From NCBI GenBank assembly GCA_963806755.1, contig CAWDZR010000024.1, forward strand, positions 12,091 through 76,090: a stretch of 64,000 nucleotides of DNA, read 5' to 3'. A model generated the notes under the pieces. The model made no database searches and was not told the DNA's origin. It saw only the letters and a list, made by a program, of their open reading frames with translations. This DNA is from an uncultured Gemmatimonadales bacterium. Its GTDB lineage: Bacteria; Gemmatimonadota; Gemmatimonadetes; Gemmatimonadales; JACORV01. How positions within the stretch are numbered: position 1 is the first letter of the stretch; each line of letters begins with the position of its first letter. Below are positions 56,845 through 64,000 of the stretch, piece by piece. A program made the position numbers and the translations under genes.

Positions 56845-59682
56845 TCATCCTCCACGAGCCTTCTGCAGCAGCGCCAGCCGCCTTCGGAATTCCGCCGCCA
56901 GCGCGCCCCTGCCCAGCGCGTCTGCCGCGCGGGCGCGCACCGCGAGACCGTCCGGCAAATACAGCGCGTAGGCCATCGCCTGCGCGGCATCCAGCACGCC
57001 GGCCACGGCGAGCGCGTCGGCATCACGGCCCCGGCCCAGCAGCAGCCGGGCGAGCAGCAGCCGCTCCTCCGCCAAGGACGCCATCCACTCCCAGGCGATG
57101 GCCCCCATGGACCCACGCGGCGTCAGCGACGACAGCAGCGCGATCGCGCGCGCGGTGTCCCCCTGCAGCAGGGCCAGCCGGGCCGAGAACGCTCCGTACA
57201 GCATCGTGTCCGAGCCGTCGCGCTCGCCCACCCGCATGGTGTCCGCGAGCACGGCGACGATCCCCTGGATTCGCACGGCGTCGCGTCGCAGCCAGGCCGC
57301 CTCTCCCTGCCACCACAGCCAGCGCGGTCCGTGGCCGTGAAGCGCCGCGCGCGGGCCGCCGAGCGCCGGATCCTGCAAGCCGGCAAACGCCCCGCTGTCG
57401 GTCCCGACGCCCGCGACCGCGTCCACGAGCTGCAGCGTCCGCGTCGCCATGTGCACGCTGTCCACGCCCCAGGCGAGGAGTCGTCGCACCTCCGGGTACC
57501 TGCCCTCGGCCACGAGCACCGTCTGCAAGCCGACGAGAGCGTCCCACCGGGTCGCGAGCGACTCGCGCGGTGCCGCGTACAGCGCCGCGCGCATCGCGCG
57601 CTCCGCGCAGACCGGCTGCACCTTCGCGATCCCATGGCCCACGACGATCACGTCGGAGGCCGCATCGCCCGCGCCGCGCGCCGCGCGCTCCCAGTCCACG
57701 GCGTCCGGACCGTCGCGCACGCACCGCATCATCCACGTCGCCTTGCGGAGCCAGGTGCTGTCCGGTCCGGCCCGCCGCAGCGCGCGATACAGCGAATCGG
57801 CCCGCGGCGTCCAGCCGCGACGCATCTCGATCTCGCCGAGGTGGTAGAGCGCCGGCGTGAAGCCCGGATCGAGCCGGCGCGCACGCTCGAAGTCGAGCGC
57901 CGCGAGCGAATCCGGATTCCAACCGCCGAACAGGAAGTGGTAGTGCACCTCGCCGCGCGCCATCCACGCCTCGGTCCAGTCGGAGTCGAGCGCGATCGCG
58001 CGGTCGAATGCCGCGGCCGCATTTTCGGGATCGTTGGCGAGGTACGCGTGAAGACCATCGGCGAACGAGCGGTACTTGGCAGGCGCGCCGCGCCCATTGC
58101 GGAGAGCGACCAGCACCAGCCCCATGGCCGCAGCGGAGTCGTGATCCCAGTTCGCCGCCGAAGCACCCTTCAGGGCCGCCAGGACCATCGTCGAATCCAG
58201 CTCGAGCGCGTGGCGGTAGTGCGCGAGCGCGGACGAGAACTTCCCATCGCGGTAGTCGAGATCTCCGCCCACCGTCGCCACGACCGCCGCGGGGTCGTGG
58301 CCCTGCAGGAGCTGCAGGTCCACACGGCGTCCCGGCGCCAGGAACCGCGACAGCACGCCCACCACCGCACGGAGACCGAGGTCGGCGATGAACTGCGGGC
58401 CAAAGACCCCTGCCGCGCTCACCTGCGGCAGCGTCGAGTCGCCCCTGACGTCGAGCAGCTGCACGGCCACCCGCGCCGAGTCCCCCGAGCGCAGCACCCA
58501 GCCGCCGAGCGCGTAACGCGCGTGCTGAGCGCGCGCGATCCGGCGCAGGTCGCCAGCGGCTATCAGGGTCGGGTCGCGGCGCTGCTCCGGGGCGAGCCAC
58601 GTCCAGCCGTCGACGGCCTTCAGCGGTTCCGCGTTCTCCAGGGCGGAGTTGAACAGCGATCCCAGCGCCACCCCATCGCCCCGGAGCGCGCTGTCGCCGC
58701 GCGCCTGGAGCGGGAAGACGACGATCTTGAGCGGGTCGAGATAGGGTGCGCGCGGCCACAGCAGCCACGCCCCCACGGCCGCCACGACCAGCCCCGCGAC
58801 CGCGCCCGCGACCCGCCGCCGCCGGGCCGTCCCCCACCCCGGCGCTCGCCGCGCCCGCTCCAGCGCCACGACGAACTCCCCCACCGTCCCGTACCGGTCC
58901 GCCGCCACCTTCGCCAGCGCCGTCTCGATGACCCCCTGCAGCGCCGGCGATACCGTCGCCCGCACCACGTGCAGCGAGCGCGGCGCTTCCGAGATCTGCC
59001 GCGCCAACACCGCCTGCGCCGACGGCCCCGTGAACGGCGGCTCCCCCCCCAGCATCTCGTACAGCACGCACCCCAGCGCGTAGATGTCCGTCCGCCCGTC
59101 CAGGTGCGCCGCGCCCCCCGCCTGCTCCGGACTCATGTACGCCGGCGTCCCGATCGCCATCCCGGTCGAGGTCAGCCGCGGGCCCCCCGCCGCCGTGATC
59201 GCCCGCGCCACGCCGAAGTCCGTGACCAGCGCGTGGCCCCCGGCCAGCAGGATGTTCTCCGGCTTGATGTCGCGGTGGATGATGCCGTGCGCGTGCGCGC
59301 ACCGCAGCGCCTCCGCCACCTCCCCCGCGATCCGCAACGCCTCGTCCAGCGGCAGCTGCGTCTCGCGCACCAGCCGCGCGCGCAGCGTCTCGCCCTCCAC
59401 GAGCGGCATCGTGTAGTAGAGCAGCCCGCCGTCTTCGCCCGACTCGTACACGGGCACGATGTTGGGATGCTGCAGCGCCCCCGCGATCGCCACCTCGCGG
59501 TGGAAGCGGTCGGGACCAAGCAGGTGGGTCAGCTCGGGATGGAGGACCTTGACGGCGACGGGGCGGCCCAGCTGGCGGTCGAACGCGCGGAACACGGTCG
59601 CCATGCCCCCACGGCCCACCTCACCCTGGACCTCGTAGCGGATCCCGAGTGCAGCCTGGATGGACGTGCGGACGTCGGTCAC
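56845..59682 (-). CDS. Ser/Thr protein kinase with TM, TolB-N-like and TPR regions
   Basis: GRGGMATV, VAVKV, HRDIKPEN, DFG and GTPAYMSPEQ; TM; TPRs. Confidence 0.92.
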   Translation of the reverse strand: MTDVRTSIQAALGIRYEVQGEVGRGGMATVFRAFDRQLGRPVAVKVLHPELTHLLGPDRFHREVAIAGALQHPNIVPVYESGEDGGLLYYTMPLVEGETLRARLVRETQLPLDEALRIAGEVAEALRCAHAHGIIHRDIKPENILLAGGHALVTDFGVARAITAAGGPRLTSTGMAIGTPAYMSPEQAGGAAHLDGRTDIYALGCVLYEMLGGEPPFTGPSAQAVLARQISEAPRSLHVVRATVSPALQGVIETALAKVAADRYGTVGEFVVALERARRAPGWGTARRRRVAGAVAGLVVAAVGAWLLWPRAPYLDPLKIVVFPLQARGDSALRGDGVALGSLFNSALENAEPLKAVDGWTWLAPEQRRDPTLIAAGDLRRIARAQHARYALGGWVLRSGDSARVAVQLLDVRGDSTLPQVSAAGVFGPQFIADLGLRAVVGVLSRFLAPGRRVDLQLLQGHDPAAVVATVGGDLDYRDGKFSSALAHYRHALELDSTMVLAALKGASAANWDHDSAAAMGLVLVALRNGRGAPAKYRSFADGLHAYLANDPENAAAAFDRAIALDSDWTEAWMARGEVHYHFLFGGWNPDSLAALDFERARRLDPGFTPALYHLGEIEMRRGWTPRADSLYRALRRAGPDSTWLRKATWMMRCVRDGPDAVDWERAARGAGDAASDVIVVGHGIAKVQPVCAERAMRAALYAAPRESLATRWDALVGLQTVLVAEGRYPEVRRLLAWGVDSVHMATRTLQLVDAVAGVGTDSGAFAGLQDPALGGPRAALHGHGPRWLWWQGEAAWLRRDAVRIQGIVAVLADTMRVGERDGSDTMLYGAFSARLALLQGDTARAIALLSSLTPRGSMGAIAWEWMASLAEERLLLARLLLGRGRDADALAVAGVLDAAQAMAYALYLPDGLAVRARAADALGRGALAAEFRRRLALLQKARGG

Positions 59683-59792
59683 GCCGCGCCTCGCCTTCCG
59701 AGCAGACGCATCCTGCTCTCAGGACTGACGCCGAACGTTAGGAGGTGACCGTTAGCCGACCGTTAGGGCGACACTCAACCATGCCCCCAAAG
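59662..59792. repeat. 131-bp direct repeat, copy 2 (kinase start plus promoter)
   Basis: Matches 53551-53681. Confidence 0.92.
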
Positions 59793-59875
59793 TCGAGTGG
59801 AGCGCGAGTGCACGAGCCCACAACAATCCGACTTGATTCATCGCATTTCCGCTGGCCGACTGGCGTAGCATCGGC

Positions 59876-59914
59876 TTGCCGAACGGCTGCCGGCGCCGTA
59901 TCATGATATCATGA
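59876..59914 (+). promoter_or_regulatory. vapBC promoter and palindromic operator
   Basis: TTGCCG-N17-TATCAT; perfect palindrome TCATGATATCATGA (59901-59914) covering the ATG. Confidence 0.75.
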
Positions 59915-60210
59915 AACGCGCTCATGAAGTGCGGAGCCGCGGCCGGGAGGCCGAGCCGGTCCAGGTCTACCTGGATCCCCCGGACCGCGAGCGGCTGCAG
60001 CGCCTCGCGACGGAGCTCGACGCCACCAAGTCCGACGTGCTCCGGCGCGGCCTCGCGGCCCTCGAGTCGTCCCTCCGCCGGCCGGCCCCGCGCCCCGCGG
60101 CGCCGGGCGCCCTGCCGATCTTCAAGGGCAAGGGCCTGCAGCCCGGCGTGGACCTCGACGACACCGCCAGCCTGCTCGACCTGATGCAGGCGCCCCATGC
60201 GGCTCGCTGA
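59911..60210 (+). CDS. vapB: CopG/RHH antitoxin
   Basis: VQVYL...TKSDVLRRGL RHH; PGVDLDD tail; overlaps the toxin gene. Confidence 0.8.
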   Translation: MKRAHEVRSRGREAEPVQVYLDPPDRERLQRLATELDATKSDVLRRGLAALESSLRRPAPRPAAPGALPIFKGKGLQPGVDLDDTASLLDLMQAPHAAR

Positions 60211-60637
60211 CGTCAACGTTCTCGTCCACGCGTTCCGCGCCGACGCGCCCGGTCACGCGGCGCACCGCGCGTGGGTCGCGTCGCTGGTCGCGTCGGACGA
60301 AGCCTACGCGGTGTCGGACCATGTCCTCGCGGGATTCCTGCGCGTGGTGACGCACCCCAGGGTGTTCCATCCACCCACGCCGATCGCGGCGGCCCTGGCG
60401 TTCGCGCACGCGTTCCGCGACCGGGCCAACGCGGTCCCCGTCGCGCCGGGGGCACGCCACTGGAGCATCTTCACGCGGTTGTGCCGGGACGCCGCCGCCC
60501 GGGGCAACCTGGTGCCGGACGCCTGGCTGGCGGCGCTGGCCATCGAGTCCGGCTGCGAATTCGTCACGACGGATCGCGACTACGCCCGCTTCCCGGGCTT
60601 GCGCTGGCGGCACCCGCTCGACGAAGAGCGGCCGTGA
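60197..60637 (+). CDS. vapC: PIN-domain toxin
   Basis: DVNVLV, GNLVPDAWLAALAIE and TTDRDYARFPGL motifs. Confidence 0.92.
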   Translation: MRLADVNVLVHAFRADAPGHAAHRAWVASLVASDEAYAVSDHVLAGFLRVVTHPRVFHPPTPIAAALAFAHAFRDRANAVPVAPGARHWSIFTRLCRDAAARGNLVPDAWLAALAIESGCEFVTTDRDYARFPGLRWRHPLDEERP

Positions 60638-60716
60638 GCGCGCGCGTGCGCCTACCCGCGTCCGCCGCCATCGTCGCGAGGCAAGGGACGCCTTCCATGT
60701 GTCCGAAAGGTTCGCC

Positions 60717-61946
60717 ATGAACACGCCGAACGTACCGAGCAGCACCCGCCGTTTCACCGCGATCGCGGCGCTCGCCCTTCTCGCCGTGACGGCCGCCGCC
60801 CCGGCCCACGCGCAGGCCGCACCGTTCCTGCTCGAATCCGTCACCGCGGGCAAGGACCACGCCTGCGGCCTCACCGCCGGCCACGTCGCCTACTGCTGGG
60901 GCGACAACGCCGACGGCGAGCTGGGCAACCCGGCCGTCACGACCCCGTGCGCCGGCGCGAGCGACCCGTGCAGCACCAAGCCCGTCCGCGTCGCCACGAG
61001 CGTGCTGTTCTCCACCATCAGCGCCGGCGACGCCTTCACGTGCGCCGTCTCCACGGCCGGCGCGCCGTATTGCTGGGGCAACAACACTTACGGGCAGCTC
61101 GGCATCGGCTCGCAGACCTCGACGGGGCGCCCGGCCAAGGTCGGCATCGAGGGCGTCACCTTCGCCGCCATCAGCGCCGGCGACTCGCACGCATGTGCCG
61201 TCACCACGGCCGGCGCGGCGTACTGCTGGGGGAGCAACGACGGCGGCAAGCTGGGCACCGGGCGCGCGGGCGGCGGGCACACCGTCCCGGTCCTGGTCGC
61301 CGGGCACCTGGTCTTCCGCACCATCAGCGCCGGGTACTTCCACAGCTGCGGCATCACGCGCGACGGCAGAGCGTACTGCTGGGGGCGCGACGAGCAGGGC
61401 GAGGTCGGCAACGCGCCGAAGGCGCCGAGCGCCGCGCCGGTGCGCGTCGCGGCCGACACCACGTTCCGGGTCGTGGAGGCCGCCGGGCAGTTCGACTACA
61501 GCTGCGGCGTGGACGCGGGCGGCGCGGTCCGCTGCTGGGGCGCCAACTGCTTCAACCAGCTGGGCGTGGATTCGCTCACCGAGCAGTGCGGCACGCCGCC
61601 GATGCCCTGCAGCACGAAACCTTCGATCGTGCGGGCGATCAGCGCCGTGCGGGAGGTCGGCGTCGCGTTCTCCCACACCTGCGCGCTCGGCGCCGACGGC
61701 ATCGTGCACTGCTGGGGCGACAACAACAACGGCCAGCTCGGCAACGGCAACACGGGCGACCTGAGCGGCACGCCCGTGCCCGTGGTGGGCGGCCAGACCT
61801 ACCGCGCCCTCGCCGTCGGGCGCGAATTCACCTGCGCCATCACGGCCGCCGGCGTGCCGCAATGCTGGGGCCTCGACGAGCACGGGCAGCTCGGAACCGG
61901 GGACGGAGGCAACCGGAACCAGCCGACGCCGCTCGCCGCGCCCTGA
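60717..61946 (+). CDS. Secreted RCC1-repeat protein
   Basis: Signal AHA-Q; seven AG..H.C......YCWG.N..GQLG repeats. Confidence 0.9.
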   Translation: MNTPNVPSSTRRFTAIAALALLAVTAAAPAHAQAAPFLLESVTAGKDHACGLTAGHVAYCWGDNADGELGNPAVTTPCAGASDPCSTKPVRVATSVLFSTISAGDAFTCAVSTAGAPYCWGNNTYGQLGIGSQTSTGRPAKVGIEGVTFAAISAGDSHACAVTTAGAAYCWGSNDGGKLGTGRAGGGHTVPVLVAGHLVFRTISAGYFHSCGITRDGRAYCWGRDEQGEVGNAPKAPSAAPVRVAADTTFRVVEAAGQFDYSCGVDAGGAVRCWGANCFNQLGVDSLTEQCGTPPMPCSTKPSIVRAISAVREVGVAFSHTCALGADGIVHCWGDNNNGQLGNGNTGDLSGTPVPVVGGQTYRALAVGREFTCAITAAGVPQCWGLDEHGQLGTGDGGNRNQPTPLAAP

Positions 61947-61978
61947 GCCGGCGGCGGCGGCGCCTGGTCGCACCCGCG

Positions 61979-62032
61979 ATTCACACCCGGACTCGGGGCA
62001 TTCACGGCACATTCACGCGCGCCACCTAGGCT
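61979..62032 (+). promoter_or_regulatory. SARP-like direct-repeat promoter (site B)
   Basis: ATTCAC at 61979, 62000 and 62011, then 9 nt, then TAGGCT at 62027. Confidence 0.7.
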
Positions 62033-62073
62033 GGGGCGGAATTCCAACGCCCCAGCTTCGGTGGAGGACTGCC

Positions 62074-62706
62074 ATGCGCGCGCCGTTCCTGCTCACCGCG
62101 ATCGCCGCCCCGCTCCTGGCGGTACAGGTCATCACCTTCCCGAGTGCCCGCGCCCAGGCCGGAGGTCCGTGGCGGGAGGGGCACGTCCGCCGCTGTTCCC
62201 GCGCCGACACGCTCTTCGGTCGGCTGTGGCGCTCGCACGGATCACTGGTCCGCGTGAGCTATTCGTCCCAACACGACTCGACCACCATCAAGTCGCGCTT
62301 CCGCAACTACTCGTGGGAGCCCGGCGCCAGCCGTCTCGTCGCGACGGAATCCGAGGTCGAGCTCCCCGGCCAGATGCGCCCGGCCGATTCCGCGCGGATC
62401 ACGCTGCACCTCAGCTTCGTGGATTCCATCTACCGGTCGCCGGAACAGGCGCACCTCCAGCTCCAGCTCGGCGATTCCGCGCGCATGGACTTCGACGCGC
62501 CGCAGGTGGACTACCCGATGGACATCAAGACCTCGGGAACCCCGCTCGTCGTCACCGTCCTGCTGACGCCCGAGCAGAGCCTGGCGCTGGCACGCGTGCC
62601 GGGGGACGTCAAGGGAACCATGGGTCCCTTCCCCTTCATCCTCTACAGCTTCGAGCTGTGGGAGGCGAACGCGGTCTACCGCGCGAGCGTCTGCGGCCTG
62701 GAGTAG
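62074..62706 (+). CDS. Hypothetical secreted protein
   Basis: GGAGG RBS; signal ARA-Q; Cys pair. Confidence 0.75.
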   Translation: MRAPFLLTAIAAPLLAVQVITFPSARAQAGGPWREGHVRRCSRADTLFGRLWRSHGSLVRVSYSSQHDSTTIKSRFRNYSWEPGASRLVATESEVELPGQMRPADSARITLHLSFVDSIYRSPEQAHLQLQLGDSARMDFDAPQVDYPMDIKTSGTPLVVTVLLTPEQSLALARVPGDVKGTMGPFPFILYSFELWEANAVYRASVCGLE

Positions 62707-62764
62707 CGGAAAGCGAATCGAGGAGTCCACCTGCCGCCGAGCACGGCCTCGGGGAGGCCAGCCG

Positions 62765-63667
62765 CTACGCGAGATCCTTGCACTCCGCCAGCGCGGCCCG
62801 CATCTCCGCGGCCGTCTGCCACCGGTCCGACGGGTTCTTGGCGAGCGCCTTCTTGATCAGGTTCGCGAGCTTGGGCGGCACGTGGGGGCGCAGCTTGCGC
62901 ACGTCGGGGACCGCGGCGCGCAGATGCATCCCGAACACCACCCGGTCGTCGGTGTGCTCGAACGGCGGCGAGCCGGTGAGGCACTCGTAGATCACGCACC
63001 CGAGCGAATAGAGGTCGCTGCGCGGGTCGATGTTCTTCTCTCCCGCCACCTGCTCCGGGCTCATGTACAGCGAGGTGCCCAGCGTGAAGCCGGAGCGGGT
63101 CAGCCGCGACCGGCTCAGCGCCGAGGCCGTCACGGCCTTCGCGATCCCGAAGTCCATCAGGATCGCGCCGCTCGGCGAGATCTTGATGTTCTCGGGCTTC
63201 ACGTCGCGGTGCACCACGCCCAGGCCGTGGGCGTACTCCAGGGCGTCGAGCACCTCGCACGTCCCGCGCAGCGTGTCCTCCACCGAGACGCGGCGAGCGC
63301 GATCCAGCGTTTCCCGCAGGGTCGGGCCCTCGATGTACGTCATCACGTAGTACACCAGCCACTCCCGCTCCCCGTAGTCGAGGAGGCGGCAGATGCGCGG
63401 GTGGTCGAGATGCGTGAGGAGGCTGATCTCGTTCAGGAATCGCTCGGCGGTCAGGCTGACCACCAGCTCCGGGCGCAGGACCTTGAGCGCCACCGCGGTC
63501 CCCGCGCGGTCCCGCGCCAGGAAGATCCGCGACGCGCCGCCCACCGCGATCTCCCGCTCCACGGTGTAGCGGTCGCCCAGGGCGGCCTGCACCAGAGGAC
63601 GCAGGTCACGATGTGAGCCCGCCGGCGGCGCCCAGCTTCCAGGGTCCATCACGGGTCCCGCGCTCAA
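62765..63667 (-). CDS. Ser/Thr protein kinase (kinase domain only)
   Basis: VALKV, HRDVKPEN, DFG, YMSPEQ and SDLYSLG; start uncertain. Confidence 0.92.
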   Translation of the reverse strand: MSAGPVMDPGSWAPPAGSHRDLRPLVQAALGDRYTVEREIAVGGASRIFLARDRAGTAVALKVLRPELVVSLTAERFLNEISLLTHLDHPRICRLLDYGEREWLVYYVMTYIEGPTLRETLDRARRVSVEDTLRGTCEVLDALEYAHGLGVVHRDVKPENIKISPSGAILMDFGIAKAVTASALSRSRLTRSGFTLGTSLYMSPEQVAGEKNIDPRSDLYSLGCVIYECLTGSPPFEHTDDRVVFGMHLRAAVPDVRKLRPHVPPKLANLIKKALAKNPSDRWQTAAEMRAALAECKDLA

Positions 63668-63735
63668 GGTGCCTGGTCCTCACGGCCCCGGCCGCGGGCC
63701 GGCCACACGGGCCTGCCGCGCCGGGAACGTGATCC

Positions 63736-63790
63736 AGGCTACAAACTAAGCGTGAACGGGGCGTGAACGCGACCTCCCCGCGCGTGAACG
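63736..63790 (-). promoter_or_regulatory. SARP-like direct-repeat promoter (site C)
   Basis: CGTGAACG at 63751, 63762 and 63783 on the plus strand; 9 nt to minus-strand TAGCCT. Confidence 0.72.
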
Positions 63791-63794
63791 GGCG

Positions 63795-64000
63795 TCACCC
63801 CGGCTCCCGGCGGTAAAACCGGCGCAGCTGCTCGTACATCTCGGGCAGCCGCTCCCGCAGCACGAGCGGGCGCTCGAAGAACGTCTCCGTCGCCACGGCG
63901 AAGAACTCGGCAGGGCTGGTCGCGCCGTACGGGTGGATCGGCGTCTCGTTCCCCGCCTGGAACTCGCCGACCTGACGCGCGTACGCCTCGGCCACCACCC
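63795..64000 (-). CDS. mtfA: C-terminus of MtfA/M90 zinc-dependent peptidase (partial)
   Basis: YGATSPAEFFAVATETFFERP motif. Confidence 0.8.
   Translation of the reverse strand, partial: VVAEAYARQVGEFQAGNETPIHPYGATSPAEFFAVATETFFERPLVLRERLPEMYEQLRRFYRREPG

Noticed and set aside
53551-59792. Integrative element or transposon with att sites
   Set aside because: No integrase or transposase; the repeats correspond to a kinase 5' region, which fits duplication and deletion better

Overview
Very GC-rich bacterial chromosome segment. Gene content (kinase-TPR fusions, BTAD-ATPase regulators, DUF885, RCC1 proteins) suggests Gemmatimonadota, which is an inference. Housekeeping part: M28 peptidase, mtnA, crotonase, recF (apparent ATA start), DUF721, CHAD, gyrB. 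After gyrB lies an island with a 291-bp tandem-repeat surface lipoprotein and a transmembrane BTAD/AAA regulator. Next come an IorAB-like molybdoenzyme, an acyl-CoA ligase-GNAT fusion and a TetR-controlled class I benzoyl-CoA reductase operon (had, oah, SDR, dch, bcrCBAD-like) extended by a small CxxC gene, a Zn-ribbon-TPR gene and a LeuA-like gene. The right half is rich in signalling. It has a BTAD-AAA regulator divergent from a 51-aa LEERIA-motif peptide. It has an ECF sigma / nonad-repeat anti-sigma / outer-membrane metalloprotease / PrsW / PP2C operon opposite an RsbW-STAS fusion. It also has a 6.1-kb kinase island bounded by 131-bp direct repeats, VapBC, an RCC1 protein and a second kinase. 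The most striking non-coding signal is a SARP-like promoter architecture shared by three dispersed genes: TTCAC(G) repeats spaced about 21 and 11 bp, then exactly 9 nt to a TAnnnT -10 element. A CTAACG variant occurs at two more sites. No rRNA, tRNA, CRISPR array or transposase was recognised.
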